In this document: piece after piece, positions 55,422 through 64,000 of the stretch
Position numbering within the stretch: the first letter of the stretch is position 1
Layout of the letters: every line of letters starts with the position of its first letter
NCBI GenBank assembly: GCA_040387555.1
Contig: JAZKDO010000009.1
Coordinates: 17,191 to 81,190 of the forward strand
Reading direction: 5' to 3'
Length of the DNA stretch: 64,000 nucleotides
DNA from: Bacteroidota bacterium
Lineage (GTDB): Bacteria > Bacteroidota > Bacteroidia > B-17B0 > Aurantibacillaceae
Program-made: the position numbers and the translations under genes
Notes under the pieces: model-generated
What the model saw: only the letters and a program-made list of their open reading frames with translations
Told to the model about the DNA's origin: nothing
Database searches by the model: none

Positions 55422-57596
55422 GTGTCTTTTTCAAAAGTTGCGTTCATTCTGCTATTTAGTTTTTGCACTCATTTTTTAAGTGCCCAGCAGGGTTCTAAAA
55501 TTGAAGACCTTGAAAAGAAACTTCAAAATACCAACGATCCCAAAACAAAAATAGAAATTCTTAATAGGCTAGGGGAACTGTATTTAAGAACCGAACCTCC
55601 AAAGGCCAGAGCCTATTGTCTATCAGCGCTTGAGATCTCAGAAAGGATAAATAATCATCAAGGGAAAATCAATAGCAGTAATACCATTGCCAATACGTAT
55701 TACCTGGAAGGAAATTATAATTCATCTTTGGATTATTATTTAAAAGCCTTAAAAGTTGTAGAGGAGATCGGTGATAAAAAAGGAATTGCTAATGGCTTAA
55801 TGGGAATAGGAAATATTTATTCCGCGCAAGGAAATTATAAACTCTCATTGGAATATCAGCTAAAATCTTTAAAGATCCGACAAGAATTAAATGATAAGGA
55901 TGGTATTGCCAGTTGTTATAATAACATTGGCATCATTTACATGGAACAAAAAGAGTTTGATAAAGCCTTAGAATATCAGTTAAAATCTCTTGAGTTAAAA
56001 CTGGAAGTAGGAGATAGGAAAGGCTCTTCATCGAGCCTTGGAAACATTGGTACGATTTATTATGAGAAGGGTAATTATCCGTTAGCTTTAGAATACCAGC
56101 AAAAAGCCTTTGAAATAAGGAAAGAGTTGAATAATAAAAAAGGTATTGCCATGAGCTTTATTGACATGGGTAATATTTATGAAAAGCAAGGCAAGCTAAC
56201 AGACGCTATACAATCGGAACTAAAAGCAATTTCCGTTGCAAAAGAAGTTGGTTATAAGTCAGCTTTAAAAGGTGCTTACCTCAGTTTATCGGCTATGTAT
56301 GAAAAGATAGATAGTACAAAAAATGCTTTGGAATACTATAAATTATTTACCGCTATAAAAGACAGTATTTTTAATAAAGAGAATTCGTCCAAACTAATAG
56401 AGATGCAAACCCGCTTTGATACTGATCGTAAAGAGAAAGAAATTGCGCTATTGACCAAAGGAAGAGAAATTCAGGCTCTCCAAGCTAAGCAACAACAATT
56501 TGAGATTGAAAAACACAGAATGGAATCTCTGCAAAATAAGATGGAGGCCTTGCAACGCAAACGAGAAATAGAATTAAAGGGGCGAGAACTGCACGGAGAA
56601 AAATTAAAGAACGAAGCGAAAAATAAAGAAATTAAAATCCAGGAAGCTGAGTTGAAAAACCAAAAAATGATGCGCAATATTACTAATGGTGGGTTGTTAC
56701 TGGCCTGTTTATTTGCAGTAGTATTGTTTTTGGGAATTAGACAAAAGCAAAAAGCCAATAAAAAACTGGAGCAGAAAAATACGGAGATTGCCGAAGCCTA
56801 TAAAATAATCCAATTGAGCAGAGATCAGATTGCTGAAAAAAATAAAAATATTACCGATAGTATCAACTATGCTCAAAGAATTCAGCAGGCAATTCTTCCT
56901 TCCAAAGAAGAAATGGATAAGTACCTGAAGGAATACTTTATTTTATTCAGGCCAAAAGATATTGTGAGTGGCGATTTTTATTTTTATGCCGAACAAAATG
57001 GAAAAATTATAATTGCGGTTGCCGATTGCACCGGTCACGGTGTGCCCGGAGCATTCATGAGTATGATCGGAAATGATATGCTGAACCAGATCATCATGGA
57101 AAAAAGAATTACGAAACCTTCTGAAATTTTAAATCAGCTGAACAAAAGCATGAAACGGGCTTTAAAACAGGAATCCGAAAAATTGGAAACAACAGATGGA
57201 ATGGATATTGCAATTTGCGCCATAGATATTGAAACGAGAAAAGTGGAATATGCCGGAGCTATGAGGCCCTTATATTTTGTTTCAGGCACATTCGAAAAAG
57301 TTCTTGCAGACAATACGTCTATAGGCGGCTTTACTTCTGAAGATCATCAATTCACTAATCACGAACTTGATTTAAAAATTGGTGATACCTTTTATGTTTT
57401 TACAGATGGCTATGTAGATCAGTTTGGCGGTGAAAAAGGAAAAAAATTTATGACTAAGAATTTTCAAAACTTACTTTCAACTATTCATACCAGACCTTTA
57501 GAGGAACAATACGAGGTACTAGAACACACATTGACTACCTGGCGTAAAGAAAAAGAACAGGTAGATGATATTCTTGTTATTGGAGTAAAAGTATAA
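55422..57596 (+). CDS. TPR - coiled coil - TM - PP2C/SpoIIE phosphatase sensor protein (paralogue of 39457-41688)
   Basis: The start is ambiguous: the track gives TTG at 55374, but GTG at 55422 gives SFSKVAFILLFSFCTHFLSAQQ. The architecture matches the paralogue: TPRs, a Q/K/E-rich coiled coil, the TM helix GGLLLACLFAVVLFLGI, and a PP2C domain (SGDFYFY, ADCTGHGVPG, TDGYVDQFGG). Confidence 0.7.
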   Translation: MSFSKVAFILLFSFCTHFLSAQQGSKIEDLEKKLQNTNDPKTKIEILNRLGELYLRTEPPKARAYCLSALEISERINNHQGKINSSNTIANTYYLEGNYNSSLDYYLKALKVVEEIGDKKGIANGLMGIGNIYSAQGNYKLSLEYQLKSLKIRQELNDKDGIASCYNNIGIIYMEQKEFDKALEYQLKSLELKLEVGDRKGSSSSLGNIGTIYYEKGNYPLALEYQQKAFEIRKELNNKKGIAMSFIDMGNIYEKQGKLTDAIQSELKAISVAKEVGYKSALKGAYLSLSAMYEKIDSTKNALEYYKLFTAIKDSIFNKENSSKLIEMQTRFDTDRKEKEIALLTKGREIQALQAKQQQFEIEKHRMESLQNKMEALQRKREIELKGRELHGEKLKNEAKNKEIKIQEAELKNQKMMRNITNGGLLLACLFAVVLFLGIRQKQKANKKLEQKNTEIAEAYKIIQLSRDQIAEKNKNITDSINYAQRIQQAILPSKEEMDKYLKEYFILFRPKDIVSGDFYFYAEQNGKIIIAVADCTGHGVPGAFMSMIGNDMLNQIIMEKRITKPSEILNQLNKSMKRALKQESEKLETTDGMDIAICAIDIETRKVEYAGAMRPLYFVSGTFEKVLADNTSIGGFTSEDHQFTNHELDLKIGDTFYVFTDGYVDQFGGEKGKKFMTKNFQNLLSTIHTRPLEEQYEVLEHTLTTWRKEKEQVDDILVIGVKV

Positions 57597-58739
57597 CTAG
57601 TAACCCTTTAAGTTAATCGCATTACCATCGATCATGGTTACTCGCTTTCCCATTTTTTTCTGAATCACTTTAAAGTGGTGTTCTTCCTCCGGAGAAATTA
57701 ATGATATGGCTTCACCCGATGATTCTGCTCTTCCTGTTCTTCCAATTCGGTGAATGTAATCTTTTGGAGAACGAGGCAATTCATAATTAATTACATATGG
57801 CAAAAACTTGATATCAATACCACGAGCCATTAAATCAGTAGCTACCAATACTTTTACTTTGCCGGTTTTGAAAAAATTTAAGGCCTCTTCTCTACCAAGT
57901 TGACTTTTTTTACTGTGAATAGCAAACGCATCAATCCCATTCTGGTTGAGCTTCAAAGCTACTGCATCGGCCCTATGAACAGACGATGTGAAAATCAATA
58001 CCTGTTTTATTTTTTGTTCTTTCAAAATATAACGTAATAAAGGGCCTTTTTTTTCTTCAGAAACTAAATACCCAAATTGTTTAATCAGATCCAGGTTTTT
58101 TTCTTCTTCTTCTACTTTAATCACAACCGGATTACGCAACAGATTTCGGTTGATGTTATTCAGGTCTTCACTTAAGGTTGCAGAAAACAATAAATTTTGT
58201 CGGTTCTTGGGCAAGAAAGAAATGACCTTTTTCATTTCATCCTGAAAGCCAAGGTTCAGCATTTTGTCGGCTTCATCCAATACCAATGTTTTAATGGCTG
58301 ATAAAGAAACAGCGTTCGTAGAAATTAGTTCGAGCAATCGTCCAGGTGTGGCAACTAAAATTTCCACACCTTGCATACCAATCATTTGTGGGTTAATGGA
58401 AACTCCACCATACACGGCCATCGTTTTTATGGATGTGGGCAAATTTGCGCCTAATACTGTAAACACTTCATTCACCTGAATGGCTAATTCACGCGTTGGC
58501 ACAAGAACCAATACCCGAATATGCCTGTTTTTGGTAGAACCGCCGCTTTGCAATTGTTGTAAAATGGGCAGCACAAAACTTGCCGTTTTACCGGACCCGG
58601 TCTGTGCTATTCCTAAAATATCTTTTCCATCAAGAATGGCAGGAATTGCCTGCTGTTGGATAGGGTAGGGCTGAGTATATTTTTGTTCAACCAGTGCTTT
58701 TAATAACGGAATGGACAGACCAAGATTTGAAAAGGGCAT
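57597..58739 (-). CDS. DEAD-box ATP-dependent RNA helicase (RhlE-like, short)
   Basis: AQTGSGKT, DEAD, SAT and HRIGRTGR motifs, 380 aa. Confidence 0.85.
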   Translation of the reverse strand: MPFSNLGLSIPLLKALVEQKYTQPYPIQQQAIPAILDGKDILGIAQTGSGKTASFVLPILQQLQSGGSTKNRHIRVLVLVPTRELAIQVNEVFTVLGANLPTSIKTMAVYGGVSINPQMIGMQGVEILVATPGRLLELISTNAVSLSAIKTLVLDEADKMLNLGFQDEMKKVISFLPKNRQNLLFSATLSEDLNNINRNLLRNPVVIKVEEEEKNLDLIKQFGYLVSEEKKGPLLRYILKEQKIKQVLIFTSSVHRADAVALKLNQNGIDAFAIHSKKSQLGREEALNFFKTGKVKVLVATDLMARGIDIKFLPYVINYELPRSPKDYIHRIGRTGRAESSGEAISLISPEEEHHFKVIQKKMGKRVTMIDGNAINLKGY

Positions 58740-58782
58740 AGTGTTTTATTTATGACAGTAAATATAAGCATCCTTTTTTTAT

Positions 58783-58900
58783 TTGGGCGTGCCGGCGAAA
58801 GAGACAGCGCCGTCAGGGTTTACGCTCCAATCTTTCGTCTGCGCTTCGGCTCCGCTCAACGCCCAACGAAAGGATTTTCACTTCAATCCTTCACGCGGGT
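58783..58900. repeat. GC-rich structured island in an AT-rich intergenic region
   Basis: ttgggcgt (58783-58790) pairs with acgcccaa (58859-58866). Nested cggcg/cgccg pair (58793-97 with 58808-12). Hairpin aaggatt-N8-aatcctt (58870-58891). Ends in tcacgcgg. Confidence 0.5.
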
Positions 58901-59080
58901 TTTACGTTCAAATATAGTTGATAATACAATTTTGAAATACAATTACATGAAGGATATAAAGTAGATATACTTTTGCTGGTTCGCCGAATATGGTTACTGA
59001 GATTGTCTCAGTTATCGAAGAGCTTGCAAAGAATTGAATCCTCCATCTGCTTTATAAATACTGCTCAAATTTTAATGTAG

Positions 59081-59088
59081 TATATTTG
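59081..59088 (+). promoter_or_regulatory. -7 box TATATTTG upstream of the dbpA-like gene
   Basis: Exact TAnnTTTG match. It overlaps the track's GTG start at 59088, which argues for the ATG at 59106. Confidence 0.45.
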
Positions 59089-59105
59089 TGTTTCAAAATA
59101 AACTC

Positions 59106-60419
59106 ATGAATCACTCAAAAATACTTTCCCATTTCAACATCACAGAATTAAACGAAATGCAGAAAGCAACTTTGGAAGCTATTCCAAAGCCAAATGATGT
59201 GATTCTTATTTCTCCAACAGGTTCAGGAAAGACCATTGGTTTTTTATTACCCATTCTTGGATTGCTTGACGTTGAAAAAGAAGGGGTGCAGGTTCTGATA
59301 TTAGTGCCATCCCGTGAACTGGCTATTCAGATTGAGCAGGTTTTTAAACAAATGGGCACAGCATTTAAAATCAACTGCTGTTATGGTGGCCATTCGGTCC
59401 GCATCGAAGAAAACAACTTTCAGCACCCACCCGCAGTTTTAGTTGGAACCCCTGGAAGAATTGCTCATCATTTGCGCCGTAAAAATTTAACAATAGATCA
59501 TACGCACACCATAATATTAGATGAGTTTGATAAATCTTTAGAGTTTGGATTTAAAGAGGAAATGGATTTTATTATTGGCCAGTGTAAGCATTTAAGAAAA
59601 CGTATTTTAACTTCTGCAACGCCATTAAAAGAAATTCCTGATTTTGTTGGATTGAAACATAGTGTTGAATTAAATTACACCACGGAACATAAAGAGTTAA
59701 AATCGGCTCTAGTTATTAAAGCAGTAAAGGTAGAAGGTGATGATAAGCTCGAAGCTTTAATGTTGTTGTTAGGTAAGATCAATGCCAAATCAACCATTGT
59801 GTTTTGTAACCATCGTGAGGCAGTAAACAGGATCTCTGAACAATTATCTATTTATAAAGTTGATCATGGTTTTTACCACGGCGGACTTGAACAAATTGAC
59901 CGCGAAAAAACGCTCATCAAATTACGAAATGGTAGTATTAATTTATTAATCACAACCGATTTAGCTGCCCGTGGTTTAGATATACCTGAAATTGAAGCGG
60001 TGATCCATTACCAGTTTCCGGCAACGGAAGATGTTATGATTCACCGGAACGGAAGAACTGCCAGGATGAATGCGAATGGAACAGCTTATTTTTTGTTGGA
60101 TCTAAATGATCATTTACCAAAATTCATGAATGTGGTTCCGGAAGAAGAAACGCTTCCTAAGAAATTAGTATTACCGGCGCCCTGCGAATGGAAAACACTT
60201 TACATTGGAGCCGGTAAAAAAGACAAGATCAATAAAATGGATATTGTTGGGATGCTTCTACAAAAAGGCCAATTGCAAAAAGAGGAGTTAGGTAAAATTG
60301 AAGTGTTGGACCATTCAGCTTACGTAGCGGTTAAAGCGAATAAGATCATTAAAACATTGCAATTAATCAAAGAAGAAAAAATCAAGAATCGGAAAATTAA
60401 AATGGAGGTTTCTTCCTAA
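59106..60419 (+). CDS. DEAD-box RNA helicase with DbpA-type C-terminal RNA-binding domain
   Basis: SPTGSGKT, DEFD (a DEAD variant), SAT and HRNGRTAR motifs. The C-terminus GAGKKDKINKMDIVGML is typical of the DbpA RBD. Confidence 0.75.
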   Translation: MNHSKILSHFNITELNEMQKATLEAIPKPNDVILISPTGSGKTIGFLLPILGLLDVEKEGVQVLILVPSRELAIQIEQVFKQMGTAFKINCCYGGHSVRIEENNFQHPPAVLVGTPGRIAHHLRRKNLTIDHTHTIILDEFDKSLEFGFKEEMDFIIGQCKHLRKRILTSATPLKEIPDFVGLKHSVELNYTTEHKELKSALVIKAVKVEGDDKLEALMLLLGKINAKSTIVFCNHREAVNRISEQLSIYKVDHGFYHGGLEQIDREKTLIKLRNGSINLLITTDLAARGLDIPEIEAVIHYQFPATEDVMIHRNGRTARMNANGTAYFLLDLNDHLPKFMNVVPEEETLPKKLVLPAPCEWKTLYIGAGKKDKINKMDIVGMLLQKGQLQKEELGKIEVLDHSAYVAVKANKIIKTLQLIKEEKIKNRKIKMEVSS

Positions 60420-60472
60420 CGATTAATTAAACGCATAAATACAGAGATTTTTATTTTAGTTGTTCATATTAA

Positions 60473-60512
60473 ACACATAGAAGGCTTCGCCCTTCTATGT
60501 GTTCTTATTTTA
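60473..60512 (+). terminator. Intrinsic terminator after the dbpA-like gene
   Basis: 12-bp stem acacatagaagg-cttcgc-ccttctatgtgt followed by a T-rich tract. Confidence 0.65.
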
Positions 60513-60555
60513 TAATCCTTCTGTTTTTCGCTATGTGCCTATGTGGTTAAACTCA

Positions 60556-61401
60556 TTACCAGTCGCTGCTGCTACCGCCGCCACCTGAGTCTCCACCACC
60601 GCCACCGCTAAAACCTGAATCACTTGAGGATGATGAACTGCTCCATGAAGAAGAATCACCCGAAGAACTCCAACTGCTCGTTCCTGAACTATTAACCAGA
60701 TCTTTGCGAAGTGATAGCGCAACAAAAATCATAATTAACATAAGGAAGGAGCCAATAAAAGGAATTAAAAAAAAGATGATCGACAGGATGATAATTACCT
60801 TTTTTGCAGTGGGCTTGCCTTTTAATCCTTTATTTATGAGCAAAGTGATTAATAAGAACACGGCACTAAATACATAGAAGAAAACAAATAATCCAACCGG
60901 CGATTCTTCAATGTCTGTAGGATTGAATTCATGCTTACTATAATATATCAATTGATCCACTCCTTTATCAATGCCTTCATAATAAAGGTTTTGTTTAAAC
61001 AAAGGCCGCATATCGTTATCCTGAATATGTTTAGTAAGTAAATCAGGTAAAGCACCTTCCAAACCATAACCTGTCTGAATTCTGAATTTACGATCATCGG
61101 AAAAAATGCCTATCAGGATTCCGTTATTTTTTCCTTCCTGACCAACATGCCAATTATGAAAAATTTCCTGGCAATAATTTTCCAAAACTTTGCCCTCTAA
61201 TGAAAAAGCAGTATAAATAAATAATTGGTTCGTAGTGCTGTCTTCAAACGCCCTTAATTTTGAATTAAGTAAAAGTTCTTCAGCAGAACTCAATAAATCG
61301 GCATCATCCGTAATATAGTTTGTTGGTTTTACTGGAAATTCCTGTGCATTTATGCAACAAAAGTGAATTAGGAAAAATAAAAGTAAAAGCATTCGCATCA
61401 T
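60556..61401 (-). CDS. TPM-domain (YgcG-like) membrane protein with Gly/Ser-rich C-terminal tail
   Basis: Signal peptide, TPM-like domain (ITDDADLLS...), two TM helices, and a tail SSSSSSDSGFSGGGGGDSGGGGSSSDW. Confidence 0.65.
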   Translation of the reverse strand: MMRMLLLLFFLIHFCCINAQEFPVKPTNYITDDADLLSSAEELLLNSKLRAFEDSTTNQLFIYTAFSLEGKVLENYCQEIFHNWHVGQEGKNNGILIGIFSDDRKFRIQTGYGLEGALPDLLTKHIQDNDMRPLFKQNLYYEGIDKGVDQLIYYSKHEFNPTDIEESPVGLFVFFYVFSAVFLLITLLINKGLKGKPTAKKVIIILSIIFFLIPFIGSFLMLIMIFVALSLRKDLVNSSGTSSWSSSGDSSSWSSSSSSSDSGFSGGGGGDSGGGGSSSDW

Positions 61402-61500
61402 TTTTGTTTGAGATTTGAGTAAAACATTGGTTCGGCACTTATAAAATTATGCTTTTAAGAAATATTCTTAATTAAATTAGGTTATTGTTAATAATATGTT

Positions 61501-61508
61501 TATATTTG
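61501..61508 (+). promoter_or_regulatory. -7 box TATATTTG upstream of the rhlE-like gene
   Basis: Exact match ~105 nt upstream of the ATG at 61614, which implies a long 5' UTR. Confidence 0.4.
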
Positions 61509-61613
61509 TATACTTCTTATGAAGACTGTAGTTCAATCCGCTTGTAAATGCCAATTGCAAATCGAATACTTTTACATTTTTCTTAATAAAGTATTTAATA
61601 ACAAAGACAATTA

Positions 61614-62744
61614 ATGACATTTACAGAATTAAAATTGATCAAACCGCTGCTTACCGCGCTTGACAAAAAAGGATACAAAGAACCGTCTCCTATCCAACAA
61701 CAAAGCATTCCCCACATTTTATTAGGAAAAGATATTTTTGGTTGTGCCCAAACAGGTACAGGAAAAACTGCAGCTTTTGCATTACCCATTTTACAATTAA
61801 TGGATGCTGCTAAGAAACCTAATCAGCGTCGCGAAATTAAAGCCTTAATTTTAGCACCAACACGCGAATTAGCTACTCAAATCAGTGAAAATTTTAAAGA
61901 ATATGGTGAAAACCTCGGCTTTAAACATGCCGTTGTTTTTGGTGGTGTTTCACAATTTCATCAGGTAGTAGCAATCAAAACAGGTATTGATATTTTAATC
62001 GCCACTCCTGGTCGTTTATTAGATTTAATGCAACAAGGTATTATCAAATTAGGAGCGGTTGAATATTTTGTTTTAGATGAAGCTGACCGTATGTTAGATA
62101 TGGGTTTTATCAACGATATGAAAAAAGTGATTGCTAAGTTGCCTGTTAAAAGACAAACCATGTTTTTTTCAGCAACTGCAGCGCCAAATATCATGAAGTT
62201 GGCTAATACTATTTTAAATAATCCAGTAAGCGTAGCAGTGAACCCGGTTTCTTCTACAGCAACTTTAGTAAAACAATCTGTTTACTTTGTTCAAAAAACT
62301 AAGAAGAGTGCTTTACTAAAATTCATTTTAGATGATAAGAAAATTAACCATGTGTTAATATTTACAAGAACAAAACACGGAGCTGATAAAGTTGCTAAAG
62401 CTTTAAATGCTTTCAAAATAAAAGCAGAAGCCATTCACGGAAATAAATCGCAGAATAATCGTGAGAAAGCACTGAAAGGATTTAAAGACAGAACCATTAA
62501 TGTATTAGTAGCTACAGACATTGCCTCAAGAGGAATTGATGTGGATAAATTAACCCATGTGATTAACTACGAAATTCCTGAGCAAGCGGAAGCATATGTT
62601 CATAGAATTGGTAGAACAGGTAGGGCAGGGGAAAGCGGTGAAGCTATTTCATTATGCAGCCACGAAGAATTACCTTACTTTAAAGGCATACAAAAACTGA
62701 TTAAAAAAGATATAGATGTGATTAAAAAACATCCTTATTCATAA
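61614..62744 (+). CDS. DEAD-box ATP-dependent RNA helicase (RhlE-like)
   Basis: AQTGTGKT, DEAD, SAT and HRIGRTGR motifs, 376 aa. Confidence 0.85.
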   Translation: MTFTELKLIKPLLTALDKKGYKEPSPIQQQSIPHILLGKDIFGCAQTGTGKTAAFALPILQLMDAAKKPNQRREIKALILAPTRELATQISENFKEYGENLGFKHAVVFGGVSQFHQVVAIKTGIDILIATPGRLLDLMQQGIIKLGAVEYFVLDEADRMLDMGFINDMKKVIAKLPVKRQTMFFSATAAPNIMKLANTILNNPVSVAVNPVSSTATLVKQSVYFVQKTKKSALLKFILDDKKINHVLIFTRTKHGADKVAKALNAFKIKAEAIHGNKSQNNREKALKGFKDRTINVLVATDIASRGIDVDKLTHVINYEIPEQAEAYVHRIGRTGRAGESGEAISLCSHEELPYFKGIQKLIKKDIDVIKKHPYS

Positions 62745-62806
62745 AGCATTCTTAAGTTAAGAATAACAACAAATAAAATAAATAATAACAACAAAAAACA
62801 AAAAAA

Positions 62807-62995
62807 ATGAAAAACGGAGTAGTAAAATTTTACAACGAAGCAAAAGGTTTCGGATTTATTAAAGAAGAAAATGGCCCAGAGATCTTTGTTCATGCAACAG
62901 GTTTACAAGAAGAAATTCGTGAAAACGACGAGGTTGTATTTGACGTGCAAGAAGGTAAAAAAGGATTAAACGCAGTTAACGTTAAGTTAGCTTAA
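62807..62995 (+). CDS. Cold-shock protein (CspA family), copy 1
   Basis: 62 aa with KGFGFI (RNP1) and IFVHA (RNP2). Confidence 0.9.
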   Translation: MKNGVVKFYNEAKGFGFIKEENGPEIFVHATGLQEEIRENDEVVFDVQEGKKGLNAVNVKLA

Positions 62996-63037
62996 TCCAT
63001 TAATTAAAATAAAAAATAACAATATAAAATATATATT

Positions 63038-63226
63038 ATGAAAAACGGAGTAGTAAAATTTTACAACGAAGCAAAAGGTTTTGGATTTATTAAAGAAGAT
63101 AACGGACCAGAAATTTTTGTTCACGCAACAGGTTTACAAGAAGAAATTCGCGAAAACGATAACGTTGTATTTGACGTTCAAGAAGGAAAAAAAGGATTAA
63201 ATGCAGTTAACGTTAAGTTAGCTTAA
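63038..63226 (+). CDS. Cold-shock protein (CspA family), copy 2
   Basis: 62 aa, differing from copy 1 at two residues (E20D, E43N). Confidence 0.9.
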   Translation: MKNGVVKFYNEAKGFGFIKEDNGPEIFVHATGLQEEIRENDNVVFDVQEGKKGLNAVNVKLA

Positions 63227-63244
63227 TTTAAATTCTAATACAAA

Positions 63245-63280
63245 TAAAAAAACCTCGCTGATTTCAGCGAGGTTTTTTTA
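63245..63280. terminator. Bidirectional intrinsic terminator
   Basis: aaaaaaaacctcgctg-attt-cagcgaggttttttt. Confidence 0.8.
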
Positions 63281-63670
63281 TTTGATCAAACTTAATAACC
63301 ATTCCATTCCATGATCTTCGCTATCAAACGCTTTACTTGGCTTTGGTGGCTTATTAAATTTTAAATAAAATTGCATCAAAATTCTTTGTCCCAAATTCAA
63401 AACCACTAAAGCGTCTCCCAAAGTATACATTTGGCCTTCAGGACTTGCTGAAAAATCCCGTGATTCAGGTAGAAAATGAGTGTGATAGCCCGGTACCATC
63501 AAGACCGCTGCTTCTTTTCCACCACTTAATTCACCAATAGCATGATTAATACCTCTACACTCTTTTAATCCAATAATAACTTCATCAAACATTTCCACTC
63601 TAACAATTTTATTGTCTAACAATTGAACTCGTGCGTACTCTAATTCAATTTCTTTAACACTTTCAATCAT
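63278..63670 (-). CDS. Hypothetical protein
   Basis: I prefer the ATG at 63670 (MIESVKEIELEY...). The track start at 63739 would overlap the upstream rhodanese CDS by 61 nt. No motif recognised. Confidence 0.4.
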   Translation of the reverse strand: MIESVKEIELEYARVQLLDNKIVRVEMFDEVIIGLKECRGINHAIGELSGGKEAAVLMVPGYHTHFLPESRDFSASPEGQMYTLGDALVVLNLGQRILMQFYLKFNKPPKPSKAFDSEDHGMEWLLSLIK

Positions 63671-63678
63671 TGGCCGTT

Positions 63679-64000
63679 TTATTTGAATAAATTCACAATT
63701 GAATCTTTCCAGCTTTTTTTTGGCTGAGTTGAGGGGCAAACAAATTCGGTGGTTTTTGCATCTGTTTTCTGAATGGCGCTATAGCCACCTGCAATATCAA
63801 CTAAATTTGTATAACCATTTCTTTTAAGCAGAGAAGCGGCTATCATACTTCTATAACCACCAGCACAATGAATGTGATACTCTTTTTCTTTGGAAAGGAA
63901 ATTCTGCCAGTCAGTAATAAAATCCAACGGATTTGAAGCAATATCCATTAAATGGCTAGCCTCGTATTCTCCCGGTTTTCTTACATCCAAAATATTTAAT
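63679..64000 (-). CDS. Rhodanese-domain sulfurtransferase, C-terminal part (5' end beyond window)
   Basis: HCAGGYRS active-site loop. The ORF is open to the window edge. Confidence 0.65.
   Translation of the reverse strand, partial: LNILDVRKPGEYEASHLMDIASNPLDFITDWQNFLSKEKEYHIHCAGGYRSMIAASLLKRNGYTNLVDIAGGYSAIQKTDAKTTEFVCPSTQPKKSWKDSIVNLFK

Noticed and set aside
58752-58964. 70-aa ORF across the GC-rich island
   Set aside because: Its composition is low-complexity and Arg/Ser/Ala-rich, driven by the GC-rich repeat. There is no plausible start context, and it overlaps the upstream region of two divergent promoters. I treat it as non-coding.
60531-60725. 64-aa ORF overlapping the 3' end of the TPM-domain gene
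   Set aside because: It is an alternative-frame reading of the Gly/Ser-rich tail codons (GGT/AGC repeats), which gives an Ala/Val-rich artefact.
62749-62765. Palindrome attcttaa-g-ttaagaat after the rhlE-like stop codon, as a possible terminator or csp regulatory hairpin
   Set aside because: The stem contains only AT pairs, the effective loop is very small and no U tract follows. It is too weak to call, but it could matter if the csp genes turn out to have their own regulation.
1-64000. Mobile elements, prophage, defence islands, and tRNA or rRNA genes
   Set aside because: I found no integrase, transposase, recombinase, restriction-modification, toxin-antitoxin or phage-like ORFs. I recognised no cloverleaf-like or rRNA-like sequence in the intergenic regions. 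The only compositional anomaly is the short GC-rich island at 58783-58900.

Overview
AT-rich chromosomal segment from a Bacteroidota genome. The phylum call rests on T9SS type A and type B C-terminal sorting domains, a GLPGLI protein, CarboxypepD_reg/TonB-type outer-membrane barrels, TAnnTTTG -7 promoter boxes and A-rich leaders without Shine-Dalgarno sequences. About 55 genes are supported and most are housekeeping: NIF3, tag, clpC-like, gyrA, an M16 peptidase, rplS, murB, gap, lhgO, nth-like, uvrB, prmC, hutH and ppa. Envelope and secreted proteins are interspersed. I saw no rRNA, tRNA, CRISPR array, transposase or integrase. The stand-out feature is a 1.37-kb ORF-free gap (52360-53728) between an MbnP/MbnH-like pair and a YHYH-domain T9SS cargo gene. 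It holds four tandem copies of a ~130-nt unit, each made of a promoter-like box, a structured RNA and a strong intrinsic terminator. By eye, copy 3 matches the THI-box (TPP riboswitch) architecture almost position for position. Copies 1, 2 and 4 keep the helices through compensatory changes but differ at the nucleotides that normally contact TPP. No thiamine gene lies nearby. Other points worth a second look are listed below.
- A membrane-anchored protein whose mature N-terminus (C-x-C) and downstream motifs resemble the TIMP/NTR fold.
- A cluster of three DEAD-box helicases and two tandem csp genes.
- A GC-rich structured island between two divergent helicase promoters.
- A 3 x 22-nt tandem repeat with a dispersed relative.
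- An outer-membrane gene pair separated by a single in-frame TAG, where the second gene has no canonical start codon for its signal peptide.
All functional calls come from motif recognition by eye. No database search was run.
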